From an uncultured Pseudomonadales bacterium (GTDB lineage: Bacteria > Patescibacteriota > Microgenomatia > UBA1400 > PJMF01), in contig CAZWKL010000005.1 of the NCBI GenBank assembly GCA_964633875.1, positions 12,412 to 76,411 of the forward strand: 64,000 bases of DNA. Direction: 5' to 3'. This document shows, piece by piece, positions 37,123 to 48,082 of the stretch. The notes beneath the pieces were generated by a model. The model did not search any database. It saw nothing but the letters and a program-made list of their open reading frames with translations, and was not told the origin of the DNA. The position numbers and the translations under genes are program-made. Every line of letters begins with the position of its first letter. The first letter of the stretch is position 1.

Positions 37123-37581
37123 GTGCCAAGTAAAATCAAAAACTACACCCTAGTGTTTCTGTTTAATGAGGATCTTTCTAAGGTAGTGCTCATCAAGAAA
37201 ACTCGGCCTAAGTGGCAGAAAAATAAGTTCAATGGCGTTGGTGGAAAAATTGAGAATGGAGAAAAAACTGTTGAAGCTGCAGCTCGGGAAATAAAGGAGG
37301 AAACAGGTTATGTCATTAATAATAAGTCAAAATTAATAAAAATTGCCAGCATGGAATCGAATGAGTGGAAAGTACATATCTTTGCCGCTCAAATATATGA
37401 AGATGTAAAAATGCACGAAGCCACAGAAGAAGGAGAGGTTCAGTGGCACCAAACAAGCAATCTGCCCACTAACTGTATAGATAACTTGCCTTGGTTAATT
37501 CCATTATGCCAAAATAAACTAAAAGAAAATTACATTGATAGATGCCATATTTTTTACAAAAACGACACCGAGCATCAGTAA
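37123..37581 (+). CDS. NUDIX hydrolase (MutT-like)
   Basis: GGKIENGEKTVEAAAREIKEETG Nudix box. Confidence 0.9.
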   Translation: MPSKIKNYTLVFLFNEDLSKVVLIKKTRPKWQKNKFNGVGGKIENGEKTVEAAAREIKEETGYVINNKSKLIKIASMESNEWKVHIFAAQIYEDVKMHEATEEGEVQWHQTSNLPTNCIDNLPWLIPLCQNKLKENYIDRCHIFYKNDTEHQ

Positions 37582-37601
37582 ATGCCTAAAGGAGGACGCT
37601 T

Positions 37602-40166
37602 ATGGATATGAACAAACTCACCACTAAATCAGCCGAAGCCCTGCAAGGGGCGATGCAACTGGCCGGAGAGCTGTCTCATCCGGAAATTTTGCCGCTCCAC
37701 CTGGCAGTTGTTTTGATCAATCAGCCGGCAGGGATTGTGCCGGCACTTTTGCAAAAACTGGATCAGGACCCGCAAAAAATTTCCAGCGCTCTCCAAGAAG
37801 CACTGAGCCAAAAGCCCACCGTGTCCGGGCCCACCCAGGCCTATCTCTCTTCAGCTTTAAAAACAGTCTTTGATGTTGCCGAGAAAGAAGCCGGACAAAT
37901 GAAAGACGAGTTTGTCAGCACCGAGCACTTGTTTTTAGGCTTGCTGGAACAAAAAGAAGTTGGCGAAATTTTCGCTGTCTCAACCAAAGAAGTCAAAAGC
38001 GCGCTTAAAAACCTGCGAGGCAAGCAAAAAGTCACCGACCGTGATCCTGAAAACAAGTTTCAGGCTTTAGAAAAATATACTCTGGACTTCACCCAGTTGG
38101 CTGCTGACGGCAAGATCGATCCCGTTATCGGCAGGGATCAAGAAATCCGCCGGATTATGCAAATTCTGTCCCGCCGCACCAAAAATAATCCAGTGCTGGT
38201 AGGGGAGCCGGGAGTTGGTAAAACCGCTATCGTGGAAGGCTTAGCTAAGAAAATTATTGAAAATGATGTCCCAGACCAACTGCGGAATAAGAAATTGCTT
38301 TCGCTGGATATGGGTAGCTTGGTGGCTGGAACCAAGTATAGAGGAGAATTTGAGGACAGATTGAAAGCAGTAATTCAGGAAATCGAAGCAGCGGAGGGAC
38401 AAATCATTCTCTTTATTGATGAGCTGCACACCATTGTCGGCGCCGGAGCGGCGGAAGGCTCTACCGATGCCGGCAATCTGCTTAAGCCGGCTTTAGCTCG
38501 TGGCAGTCTACGTACAATTGGCGCCACCACTTTGAAAGAATATCGCCAGTATGTGGAAAAAGACGCTGCCCTGGAACGGCGCTTCCAGCCAGTGATGGTT
38601 AACGAACCAAGTGTGAGCGACACCATTTCCATTCTTAGAGGCATTAAAGAAAAGTACGAAACTCACCACGGGGTGAGGATTAGGGACAACGCTTTGGTGG
38701 CCGCGGCCAAGCTTTCCGACCGCTATCTGCCTGACAGATTTCTGCCTGACAAAGCCATCGACCTTATGGACGAAGCCGCCGCGGCCATCAAAATTGAACT
38801 CGACAGCAAGCCTACCGAGCTTGATCAACTAGAAAGACACCTCCGGCAGCTGGAAATTGAAAAGCAAGCGCTCAAAAAAGAAACCGATGAGCAATCCAAA
38901 TCCAGGCTGAACAAGATTGAAAAAGAGCTTTCCGATCTGGGAGAGCAGTACTCGCAGCTGGAACTGCAGTGGCAAAATGAAAAGAAAGTCATTGATGAAA
39001 TCAAGTCCTTAAATCAAAAATTGGATGAACTCAGAGAGGCGGCAGCCCAAGCCGAGCGCAATCTTGACCTGCAAAAGGCAGCAGAAATAAATTATGGCGA
39101 AATTCCCAGTGCCAAAAAGCGCCTCGACGAACTCCAGCAAGAATTGGAAGAAGTGCAGCAACATCAGCAAATTCTCAAAGAAGAGGTGACGGAGGAGGAT
39201 ATAGCCAGGGTGATTGCCCGCTGGACGGGTATTCCCACCGAAAAAATGCTCATGGAGGAAAGTGAAAAACTCGCCAAGATGGAAGAGGAGATCGGTGTGC
39301 GCTTGATTGGACAACGCCAGGCGGTGGCGGCCGTCGCCAACGCGGTCCGGCGTAGCCGGGCAGGGATTAAGGAGGAGGGCCGGCCGATTGGTTCGTTTAT
39401 GTTTCTTGGCCCCACCGGGGTTGGTAAAACCGAATTGGCCAAGGCTTTAGCGGAGTTTCTTTTCAACGATGAAGACGCCATTATCCGTATTGATATGAGT
39501 GAGTACATGGAGCGCCACGCGGTTGCCAGACTAATCGGCGCTCCTCCCGGTTACATCGGCTACGAAGAGGGCGGCCAGCTCACCGAAGCGGTGCGGCGCC
39601 GGCCATACAGCGTAGTTCTTTTTGATGAAATTGAAAAAGCCCACCCAGAAGTTTTCAACACTCTGCTGCAAATCCTTGACGAAGGCAGACTGACAGACAG
39701 CAAAGGCAGAACTGTTGATTTTAAGAATACTGTTATCATCATGACTTCCAACCTCGGCAGCGACAAAATTCAAGCGCTCCAGGGTGATAAGCCAGCAGTA
39801 GAGGAGGCGGTCCACCAAGTTCTCAGCCAAAAATTCCGCCCGGAATTCCTCAACCGCCTCGATGAGATTATTATTTTTGACCCACTTTCAGAGGCAGAAA
39901 TCGGCCAGATCGTTAAACTGCAAATCGCTGAGGTGCAAAAAAGGCTGGCGGACAAAAATATTACTATCGAAATATCAGCAGAAGCCGCCGCCGAGTTGGC
40001 TAAACAAGGTTTCGATCCGGTTTTCGGCGCCAGACCGCTCAAGCGCCTGATTCAAAATACCATTCTGGACCAGCTTTCCCTGCTGATTATTGAAGGTAAA
40101 ATCAAAGAAGGCGGAAAAGTCAAAGCGGTGGTGAAAAACGGCCGGATTGTCTTAAATAAGGCGTGA
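37602..40166 (+). CDS. clpB: ATP-dependent chaperone ClpB
   Basis: Two AAA+ modules ([16 protein letters not shown]), long M-domain coiled coil; RBS AAGGAGG. Confidence 0.97.
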   Translation: MDMNKLTTKSAEALQGAMQLAGELSHPEILPLHLAVVLINQPAGIVPALLQKLDQDPQKISSALQEALSQKPTVSGPTQAYLSSALKTVFDVAEKEAGQMKDEFVSTEHLFLGLLEQKEVGEIFAVSTKEVKSALKNLRGKQKVTDRDPENKFQALEKYTLDFTQLAADGKIDPVIGRDQEIRRIMQILSRRTKNNPVLVGEPGVGKTAIVEGLAKKIIENDVPDQLRNKKLLSLDMGSLVAGTKYRGEFEDRLKAVIQEIEAAEGQIILFIDELHTIVGAGAAEGSTDAGNLLKPALARGSLRTIGATTLKEYRQYVEKDAALERRFQPVMVNEPSVSDTISILRGIKEKYETHHGVRIRDNALVAAAKLSDRYLPDRFLPDKAIDLMDEAAAAIKIELDSKPTELDQLERHLRQLEIEKQALKKETDEQSKSRLNKIEKELSDLGEQYSQLELQWQNEKKVIDEIKSLNQKLDELREAAAQAERNLDLQKAAEINYGEIPSAKKRLDELQQELEEVQQHQQILKEEVTEEDIARVIARWTGIPTEKMLMEESEKLAKMEEEIGVRLIGQRQAVAAVANAVRRSRAGIKEEGRPIGSFMFLGPTGVGKTELAKALAEFLFNDEDAIIRIDMSEYMERHAVARLIGAPPGYIGYEEGGQLTEAVRRRPYSVVLFDEIEKAHPEVFNTLLQILDEGRLTDSKGRTVDFKNTVIIMTSNLGSDKIQALQGDKPAVEEAVHQVLSQKFRPEFLNRLDEIIIFDPLSEAEIGQIVKLQIAEVQKRLADKNITIEISAEAAAELAKQGFDPVFGARPLKRLIQNTILDQLSLLIIEGKIKEGGKVKAVVKNGRIVLNKA

Positions 40167-40228
40167 TATAATTCAATTCGCGCCAATTTTTGCGCCTGCT
40201 TATGTTACAATAACCCTCTCAGGAAGAT

Positions 40229-40302
40229 GGGTGACTAGCTCAGTTGGTTAGAGCGCAGTCCTGATAAGACTGAGGTCAATGGTTCGAATCCATTGTCACC
40301 CA
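40229..40302 (+). tRNA. tRNA-Ile(GAU)
   Basis: GGGTGAC...GTCACCC-A, anticodon loop CT-GAT-AA. Confidence 0.95.
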
Positions 40303-40348
40303 CATTTTCTTTTCCCATAGGTTCGCTGTTCCTATTCACCCTTGCGCT

Positions 40349-40375
40349 TTAGCAGACAAACATTTAGAATGCTAA
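40349..40375. promoter_or_regulatory. CIRCE-like operator directly before lon
   Basis: TTAGCAGAC-N9-GAATGCTAA ending 3 nt before the ATG. Confidence 0.75.
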
Positions 40376-40378
40376 TTT

Positions 40379-42826
40379 ATGAATGCTGATCAAGCCAAAG
40401 AAACAAAAATAATTACTATTAAGCCGAGTAAAAACAAGACCCTGCCGGTAATTCCCATCAGGGAAGGAGTGCTTTTTCCCAGTACTGAATCCGTGCTTAC
40501 TTTCGGCAGAAAAGTTTCTCTTAACGCTCTCAAGGCTGCCAATGGTACCAAAAAACAAGTGGTACTGGTGACCCAGCGCGACGCCAAAATTGACGAGCCA
40601 ACCCCTGAAGATTTGTACCAGATTGGCACGCTGGCAGTTATTGAAAAAACCCTCAAAACAGAGGACAGCATTAATGCTTTGGTCAGGGGACTGGGCCGGG
40701 TGAAAATTCTCAACTTTATTGAAACTGATCCTATGTTTTCTGCCGAAATTGAAAAGCTCGACCCCACCAGCGAAGACGATGAAGAAATGGCCGCTATGGT
40801 GGCTCATTTGCAAAAAGAATTCCGCAAAGCCGTCCACATGGGCAAACCAGTGGAATTTCTCAACTTCATGAAATTGATGGGTGGAGTTACTCATGGCGAG
40901 TTAGTTGACCAAATTGCTAGTACTCTGAGCATTAAAACCCCAGAGAAACAGATGTTGCTTGAGCTGACTGATGTTAAAGAGCGGATGAAACTGGTGATCA
41001 AGCACTTGGCTCACGAAATGAAGGTGTTGGAAATTGAAAAAGACGTAGTTCACAAAACCCAGGAAAAATTTGACAAACACATGCGCGAAAATATTCTGCG
41101 CGAAAGGCTGAGGACGATTCAGCGCGAGTTGGGTGAAATTGACGATGATGAAGAAGTTGTCGGCGATTACGAAAAACGCCTCAAGAATCTAGTGCTCAGC
41201 AAAGACATCAGGAGCAAAATTAAGAAAGAGATTAAGCGGCTGAGACAAATGTCCGTTAATAATCCTGAAGCGGGTTATATCCGTTCATGGCTTGATACTA
41301 TTTTTGAACTGCCTTGGAATAAAGTTAGTGAAGGCAATGTCAACCTTGAACGAGCTGAGGCTGTGCTGGAAAAAAATCATTACGGACTGGAGGAAGTTAA
41401 AGATCGCATTCTCGAGTCCATCGCGGTGATGCAGTTGGGTCAGCAAAAGCAAATTGACGAAATTACTCAAGGTAAAGTGATTGAAAAGACCAGCTTGCCC
41501 ACCATTCTGTGTTTTGTGGGGCCGCCCGGTGTGGGTAAAACTAGTATCGGTAAAGCTATCGCGGAGTCACTCGGCAGAAAATTTGTTAAAATTTCTCTTG
41601 GAGGAGTTAAAGACGAAGCAGAAATTCGCGGCCACAGGCGCACTTATGTCGGCGCTATGGCGGGAAAAATTATTAACGGCATTAGAAATGCCGGCACTAA
41701 GAATCCGGTCTTTATGCTTGATGAAGTCGATAAAATCGGTGGTGACTACAAAGGCGATCCTTCCGCAGCCTTACTGGAGGCGCTTGATCCGGAACAAAAC
41801 AACAAGTTTGAGGATCATTATCTTGACTTGCCGTTTGATCTGTCTCAAGTAATCTTCATTACTACCGCCAACCGCCTGGATACTATTCCCCCAGCACTGT
41901 TGGACCGTTTGGAAATCATCCAGTATTCAGGCTACACGCACGAAGAAAAATTCCACATTGCCAAAGAACACCTGCTACCCAAAGTAACTGCGGCCAACAA
42001 TCTCAACAGCGGTCAAATAAAAATTTCTGACCGGGTCATTAAAACTATTATTGAACTTTATACCAAGGAGGCAGGAGTTAGAAGTCTGGAACGAACCCTG
42101 AGCAAAATCATGAGAAAAGCTGCCAGAGAACTAATTGCTTCTTACCAAGATGAAAAATCGCAAGATGTGGAAAGCATTGCTATTTCTAACGATAAGCTAG
42201 AAGATTTTCTGGGTCCAGCCAAATACGATGTGACTTTAGCTGAAGAGCAAGACATCGTTGGTCAGGCTACCGGCTTGGCTTTCACCAGTGTGGGCGGCGA
42301 CGTGCTCTTTATTGAAGTAGCCCTCACTCCCGGCAAAGGTGAAATTAAGCTCACCGGTAAACTGGGTGATGTTATGAAAGAGTCAGCCCAAGCAGCGCTC
42401 ACTTACGTCAAGTCCAACGCCGACAATCTGGGTATAGACAAAGAGGCCCTCAAGAAAACAGATGTTCATATTCACGTTCCGGAAGGAGCGGTGCCTAAAG
42501 ACGGCCCTTCAGCGGGTGTAACTATTACTGCGGCGATTGTTTCAGCCTTTACTAACATCCCTGTCAAAAAAGATGTAGCCATGACCGGCGAAGTCACTTT
42601 GCGAGGTAGGGTGCTGAGAATTGGCGGTTTGAAAGAAAAGAGCATTGCTGCGCACAGGGCAGGCAGCAAAGTTGTCTTAATTCCGGCAGAAAATATGCGC
42701 GATCTTCCTGAATTGCCAGATGCAATCAAAAAGGAAATTAAGTTCATTGGTGTTTCGCACGTCTCGGAAGCCTTGCGGGAAGCCTTGACTAAGCCTCCTA
42801 AGTCCTTGAGCCGGCTGGTGAGCTAA
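40379..42826 (+). CDS. lon: Endopeptidase La
   Basis: GPPGVGKTS, RRTYVGA, PKDGPSAG, IGGLKEK. Confidence 0.98.
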   Translation: MNADQAKETKIITIKPSKNKTLPVIPIREGVLFPSTESVLTFGRKVSLNALKAANGTKKQVVLVTQRDAKIDEPTPEDLYQIGTLAVIEKTLKTEDSINALVRGLGRVKILNFIETDPMFSAEIEKLDPTSEDDEEMAAMVAHLQKEFRKAVHMGKPVEFLNFMKLMGGVTHGELVDQIASTLSIKTPEKQMLLELTDVKERMKLVIKHLAHEMKVLEIEKDVVHKTQEKFDKHMRENILRERLRTIQRELGEIDDDEEVVGDYEKRLKNLVLSKDIRSKIKKEIKRLRQMSVNNPEAGYIRSWLDTIFELPWNKVSEGNVNLERAEAVLEKNHYGLEEVKDRILESIAVMQLGQQKQIDEITQGKVIEKTSLPTILCFVGPPGVGKTSIGKAIAESLGRKFVKISLGGVKDEAEIRGHRRTYVGAMAGKIINGIRNAGTKNPVFMLDEVDKIGGDYKGDPSAALLEALDPEQNNKFEDHYLDLPFDLSQVIFITTANRLDTIPPALLDRLEIIQYSGYTHEEKFHIAKEHLLPKVTAANNLNSGQIKISDRVIKTIIELYTKEAGVRSLERTLSKIMRKAARELIASYQDEKSQDVESIAISNDKLEDFLGPAKYDVTLAEEQDIVGQATGLAFTSVGGDVLFIEVALTPGKGEIKLTGKLGDVMKESAQAALTYVKSNADNLGIDKEALKKTDVHIHVPEGAVPKDGPSAGVTITAAIVSAFTNIPVKKDVAMTGEVTLRGRVLRIGGLKEKSIAAHRAGSKVVLIPAENMRDLPELPDAIKKEIKFIGVSHVSEALREALTKPPKSLSRLVS

Positions 42827-42844
42827 TCGTGATAAACTAGCAGT

Positions 42845-43717
42845 ATGAAGAAAGTGCTTGCTTTGGGGCTGCTGATCGGAGCGGCCGTGCTCGTGGCCGC
42901 CTGCATTCCCCTCGCCAAACCTGAAAAATCAGGCATTAGGGTTGTTACCAATGGCGTTGACAGCACTGTCTATCTCAATGACAATTATCTGGACAAAACC
43001 CCAACCCTGAATCAGAGCTTATCTCCAGGCACTTATACTCTAAAAATTCAGCCCAATGATCCGGAATATGTACCCTACGAAACCACGGTGAAGCTCCACC
43101 CCGGCTCACTGACAGTAGTAACTTGGAATCCCAGCACGCGCATAGAGTACAGCGGCGGCATTATTTTCGAAATGGAACCAATTAGATCCAGTAATACCGC
43201 GGAAATTTCGGTGGTTACTATTCCTGATGGAGCCATTATTAAACTGGGAGAGGGAGATAAAGAATTTGCTCCTTTTATTTTCCAAAACGTTCAGCCAGGC
43301 CAACATGAGTTGGAAATTATGTTGCCTTCGTATGAAGTGCAGCAGCACACTTTGGATGTGCCAACGGGTTTCCGGCTCCTGGTTAATGTGAAGTTGGCAA
43401 AGCAGCTGAATCCTGCTGATACCAGCGAGAAAAACATCACTGCTCCAGAAAGAGAGGAAGACACCAGTGAACCAGCTACTTCATCAGCCATGATTGCCAG
43501 ACCAAGGGTACAAATCCAAAAAACCGGTTTCTTTAATAACGGGCAGGAGGTTTTGCGGGTGAGAGACGCTGCTGGGTTGGTAGGCAAAGAGCTGGGGTTT
43601 GCTCCTGTCGGCTCGTGGTATCAGTACTTAAATGAAACCAATGCCGGCTGGCTGAAGATCAATTTCAACAATCAAGTAGGTTGGGTGAGCCAAGATTATG
43701 CGTTGCTTGAAAATTAG
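42845..43717 (+). CDS. Exported PEGA-domain protein with C-terminal SH3b-like domain
   Basis: Hydrophobic N-term with LVAAC (lipobox-like); PEGA-like repeats; LRVRD...GWLKI...GWVS. Confidence 0.7.
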   Translation: MKKVLALGLLIGAAVLVAACIPLAKPEKSGIRVVTNGVDSTVYLNDNYLDKTPTLNQSLSPGTYTLKIQPNDPEYVPYETTVKLHPGSLTVVTWNPSTRIEYSGGIIFEMEPIRSSNTAEISVVTIPDGAIIKLGEGDKEFAPFIFQNVQPGQHELEIMLPSYEVQQHTLDVPTGFRLLVNVKLAKQLNPADTSEKNITAPEREEDTSEPATSSAMIARPRVQIQKTGFFNNGQEVLRVRDAAGLVGKELGFAPVGSWYQYLNETNAGWLKINFNNQVGWVSQDYALLEN

Positions 43718-45383
43718 CAGTTGGATTTTCCTGCTGTTTTTCCTGGTTTATTTTTCCTATTTTTGGTTGAATGTGGGTAAATTCGAAAATGGTAATTTTT
43801 TCCTGCGCCAAAGTAATATGTGGGGAGATTGGGCGCTCCATTTTACTGTTGGTTCTGCTTTTGCCGAACGATCGTTTTGGTTGTCTGAAAATCCACTCCT
43901 GATCAATACTCAGATTTCATATCCTCCTTTTACCGGCTGGTTAGCGGCAATTTTGTTTAAGTTAGGCTTGCCTTTTTTTGCCGCTTTTATTGTTCCAAGT
44001 TATTTTTTTTCGCTCCTCATAGTTTTGGTTCTGTTTTTATTTTTTAAAATTTTGCTGAAATCACAAAAAATGGCGGTCGCTGCTTCGCTTTTGTACTTAC
44101 TCAATGGTGGTTGGGGCTTTATTTATTACTTTGCTGAGATTGCCAACAGCGCAGATAAGTGGAGAGCCATCTTTTTTCCTGTTCAAGAATACACTGACAT
44201 GGCGGAAAAAGGCATTCACTTCATGTCTTTTCTCACTAGCATGATTTATCCGCAGCGGGCTTTTGCCGTCGGTTTTCCGCTAGTGTTGGGAGCGCTTGGA
44301 ATTGTGATGTACTTATTGGTGTTGAAGAAAAAAGTGAACAAGCAGTATCGCTGGCCATTGTTGGCAATCACCACTATTACCATCGGCATCTCACCAATCA
44401 TTCACCCCCACGCGGCTTTAGCTGCTGCTATTATTTTGCTTTCCTGGTTTGCTTTTCATCTGGCAGAAAATTGGCGGGGTAAAAACCTCCAGCAAAAGTT
44501 GAGTCGCGCGCTGCGAAAATCCCGAGAGTGGTTGGCAGTTGGTGGCGGCTCTATTCTGATTGCCTTGTTTTTACTAGTGTTTTTCTTTGCCAGCAGCGTA
44601 GAAAACAAAACTAGCTTTATCAGCCTCAACCCAGGCTTTATGTCAGCTGAATCTGATTATTCTTGGCCAGTTTACTGGTTGATGAATTGGGGTCTGGTTC
44701 CTGTGCTGGGAATATCGGGATTATTGCTGTTGTTCAAATTCAATAAAACCGCCGGCAAAGTAATTTTTCCCTTTTTCTTGATTTTCTTACTCGCCAATAT
44801 CTGGCAATTCCAACCCTGGATTTGGGATAACATGAAGTTGCTGGCTTGGTCAGCGGTGGGGATTGTCGCCGCGGCAACCATTGCGATCCAAAAAATCTGG
44901 AGCCAAAAAGGCTTACTGCCCAGATTGGCCGCGGCCTTGATTTTCTTGTCTTGCATCTCTTCCGGTTCACTGGAAATGCTCAAAAATCTCCAGTTTTCTA
45001 GACATCATTACTTGATGTACTCGGCAGAAGAACTGGAGTTGGCTAACTGGATAAAAAGCCACACCCACAAAGACAGCATTTGGCTTACCAGCACTGTTTC
45101 CAACAACTGGACTTACAACCTAACCGGCCGGCAAACCATTTTGGCCTATCCTGGTTGGCTAATATCGCACGGGTATAAGATCAATGAAGTGATGGAAGAT
45201 CATGCCCGGATGATGCGCTCACCTCAGACTGCACTTGATTTATTTGCCAAGTATCAAATTACTCATATCGCCATTGGACCAAGAGAAATAGAACAGCACG
45301 ACGCCGACCTTGAAAGATTCGGCCAGTTATTCACTCCCATCAAAACCACTCAGAATTACACCATTTTTCAGACAGAAAATTAG
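43698..45383 (+). CDS. Polytopic membrane protein, probable GT-C glycosyltransferase
   Basis: WGDWALH, YPP, PQR, QPWIWDNMK, LTGR; many TM helices. Confidence 0.6.
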   Translation: MRCLKISSWIFLLFFLVYFSYFWLNVGKFENGNFFLRQSNMWGDWALHFTVGSAFAERSFWLSENPLLINTQISYPPFTGWLAAILFKLGLPFFAAFIVPSYFFSLLIVLVLFLFFKILLKSQKMAVAASLLYLLNGGWGFIYYFAEIANSADKWRAIFFPVQEYTDMAEKGIHFMSFLTSMIYPQRAFAVGFPLVLGALGIVMYLLVLKKKVNKQYRWPLLAITTITIGISPIIHPHAALAAAIILLSWFAFHLAENWRGKNLQQKLSRALRKSREWLAVGGGSILIALFLLVFFFASSVENKTSFISLNPGFMSAESDYSWPVYWLMNWGLVPVLGISGLLLLFKFNKTAGKVIFPFFLIFLLANIWQFQPWIWDNMKLLAWSAVGIVAAATIAIQKIWSQKGLLPRLAAALIFLSCISSGSLEMLKNLQFSRHHYLMYSAEELELANWIKSHTHKDSIWLTSTVSNNWTYNLTGRQTILAYPGWLISHGYKINEVMEDHARMMRSPQTALDLFAKYQITHIAIGPREIEQHDADLERFGQLFTPIKTTQNYTIFQTEN

Positions 45384-46066
45384 TCTGAAACAGCTTTGGC
45401 TATTACGGCTGCAAACTCTCCGACATTCAACGAAGCGCCACCCACTAAAGCTCCATCAGTAACCAAAGTGTACTCCCCGATATTTTGCGGCTCAACGCTG
45501 CCGCCATATAAAACCGGTACCTCGCCAAAAGAGTTCCTGATTTTCTCCCGCACTTGTTTCACTTGGCCGACATCGGCATTTCGGCCCGTGCCAATGGCCT
45601 CAAGCGGCTCGTAAACTACCAAGCATTGCCGCAAGTACTCATCATCAATGGCCGCGGCTTGTGGCTCGACATCATTTTCATCAACGCAGACAAGCGGCTT
45701 TAAACCTGCACTAAGCGCTTGATCAATTTTGCCGGCCACCTCTTGATGAGTTTCATGAAAATAGCGCCGCCGTTCTGAGTGCCCAAGAATGGCGTAAGCC
45801 ACACTTAAACCCATAATGTTTCTGGTAGCAATAGCGCCGGTGTAACTGCCGGCAGAAAAATGACTGAGGTCTTGAACCGCCAGCTTCACCTTGGTGCCGA
45901 CAAACTTTTCCGCCAGCGCCGGCAATAAAGTAAAAGGCGGCGCCACCACCACTTCAACTCCCGCCGGAAAACTGTCGCTCTCGGCCAAAAACTGATCTGC
46001 CCAGTGGCGCGCTTCTTCAATATTTTTATTAGCTTTCCAGTTACCCACTACGATTTTTTTCATCAT
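45380..46066 (-). CDS. tpiA: Triosephosphate isomerase
   Basis: GNWK, GHSERR, YEP..AIGTG, LYGGSV, GALVGGASL. Confidence 0.97.
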   Translation of the reverse strand: MMKKIVVGNWKANKNIEEARHWADQFLAESDSFPAGVEVVVAPPFTLLPALAEKFVGTKVKLAVQDLSHFSAGSYTGAIATRNIMGLSVAYAILGHSERRRYFHETHQEVAGKIDQALSAGLKPLVCVDENDVEPQAAAIDDEYLRQCLVVYEPLEAIGTGRNADVGQVKQVREKIRNSFGEVPVLYGGSVEPQNIGEYTLVTDGALVGGASLNVGEFAAVIAKAVSD

Positions 46067-46112
46067 GAAGTCACTATATCATTACGACTCACGGCTGTGC
46101 TAGTATGTTGGC

Positions 46113-48005
46113 GTGCTGAATTTATTGGACAAGCTCAACGAACAACAAAAAAAGGCAGTGCTCCACAGCGAAGGGCCGGCTATTGTCCTGGCTGGCGCTG
46201 GTTCCGGCAAAACTACCGTCTTGACTACCAGAGCCGCTCATCTGATTGCCAGCAAGCAGGTTGATCCTCGGTCAGTGATGGTGGTGACTTTTACCAACAA
46301 AGCAGCAGGAGAAATCCGCCAACGCATTCAAAGCAGCACCGGTTTCAGCCTTCCTTATTCAGGCACCTTTCACAGTCTTTGCGCTAGAATCCTGAGAATC
46401 GATGGCCAGCATATTGGCCTCAACCGTGATTTTGTCATCTACGACACCGACAACCAAAAGCAGCTCCTAAAACACATTTACAAAGAGCGGGGATTGGAAA
46501 ATAGCCGGTTTGGCCTTCAGGCGGTCCGGAGTGTCATTTCTCAAGCGAAAAATGAAATTATCAGCCCTCAACAATACGCAGAAATGGCTCAGGGCAAGTA
46601 TCAAGAACAAGCTGCGCAGATATACGCTTGGTATCAGCGGGAGTTAGAAAAGGCTCAAGCGGTTGATTTTGATGATCTGCTGCTTAAAACTCTGCAGTTA
46701 CTTAAAAATGTCCCGATGGTGAGAGATAAATATCAGAACCAACTTGAACATGTTCTGGTCGATGAGTACCAAGACACTAACAAAGTTCAGTACGAATTAA
46801 CCAAAATTTTCACCCAGCCGCACAACAACTTATACGTAGTTGGCGACTTCAGTCAAAGCATTTACGCCTGGAGGGGAGCTGATTACCGTAACATGTTACT
46901 TTTACGCCAAGATTTTGCCGGTATCACCGAGTACCGGCTTGAACAAAATTACCGTTCCAGCCAAACTATTCTTGACGCAGCCACTCAGGTAATTTCCCAC
47001 AACACCAATCACCCTATTCTCGAACTTTGGACCACCAAAACCGCCGGCAATAACATCAACGTCATCGAGGCCGCCAGCGGCAGAGAAGAGGCCCGCGAAG
47101 TAGTCAAGCATATTCAAAAAGAAAAAGTCCAGTACCCCTACAGCGAAATGGCCATTTTGTACCGGACTAACGCTCAATCGCGCGAGTTTGAAGAAGCGCT
47201 GATCCGGGCGGGCATTCCTTATCGTCTGATTGGCGGCACCAAATTCTACGAGCGCAAAGAAATTAAGGACGTGATTTCGTACCTCAGCTACTTCGTCAAC
47301 CAAATGGATGTGGTTAGTTTTGCCCGAATCCAAAAACTTGGTAAAAGGAGACTAGAAAAATTTACTAACTGGTTCCAGAGTAAGAAGGTGCAAGACAAAG
47401 ATCCGGCCGGCATTCTAAAATCCATCCTGGATGTCACCGGCTATCTGGATAAATACAACAAAGAAAATGAAGAGGATCTTAGCAGAATCGAAAACGTTCA
47501 CGAGCTGATCAACGTAGCCGCTCAATTTACCACCGTGCAACAGTTGCTGGAAAATATTGCCCTCATTCAAGACGACGCTTTTGCCGACGTCAGTGAAAAA
47601 GAAACAAACAATGCTGTCAGTCTGATGAGTCTGCATTCTGCCAAAGGTTTGGAATTTGAGGTAGTTTTTATGGTGGGGATGGAAGATGGCCTGATGCCGC
47701 ACTCGCGATCAATGCTGGACCCGGAAGAAATGGAAGAAGAAAGAAGGCTTTGTTATGTCGGGATTACCAGGGCCAAATCTCAGCTTTACTTAACTTACGC
47801 CCGTTCCAGATACCAATACGGCAGCCAACAAAATGCTCTTCGCAGCCGGTTTTTGGGCGACATTTCCGAGCAAATTTTGCACTTTTCCGGCGGTGATCAA
47901 GAAAATCATTCTCCAACCAACAGACGATATGTTCAGATAGACGAAAATTTGGTAGAGGGCATCATTAAGGGAGAACTGGACCTTGATGCTTTCATCGACA
48001 GTTAA
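46113..48005 (+). CDS. pcrA: UvrD/PcrA helicase
   Basis: AGAGSGKT, DEYQD, QSIYAWRGA, NYRS, HSAKGLEF, EERRLCYVGITRA. Confidence 0.93.
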   Translation: MLNLLDKLNEQQKKAVLHSEGPAIVLAGAGSGKTTVLTTRAAHLIASKQVDPRSVMVVTFTNKAAGEIRQRIQSSTGFSLPYSGTFHSLCARILRIDGQHIGLNRDFVIYDTDNQKQLLKHIYKERGLENSRFGLQAVRSVISQAKNEIISPQQYAEMAQGKYQEQAAQIYAWYQRELEKAQAVDFDDLLLKTLQLLKNVPMVRDKYQNQLEHVLVDEYQDTNKVQYELTKIFTQPHNNLYVVGDFSQSIYAWRGADYRNMLLLRQDFAGITEYRLEQNYRSSQTILDAATQVISHNTNHPILELWTTKTAGNNINVIEAASGREEAREVVKHIQKEKVQYPYSEMAILYRTNAQSREFEEALIRAGIPYRLIGGTKFYERKEIKDVISYLSYFVNQMDVVSFARIQKLGKRRLEKFTNWFQSKKVQDKDPAGILKSILDVTGYLDKYNKENEEDLSRIENVHELINVAAQFTTVQQLLENIALIQDDAFADVSEKETNNAVSLMSLHSAKGLEFEVVFMVGMEDGLMPHSRSMLDPEEMEEERRLCYVGITRAKSQLYLTYARSRYQYGSQQNALRSRFLGDISEQILHFSGGDQENHSPTNRRYVQIDENLVEGIIKGELDLDAFIDS

Positions 48006-48082
48006 AGTCAACACCTGGCCAAACAGGAACAAAAGAAACATGATTGGAGTTTTGTCATGAGTTCTTTATAATACCACTCAGT

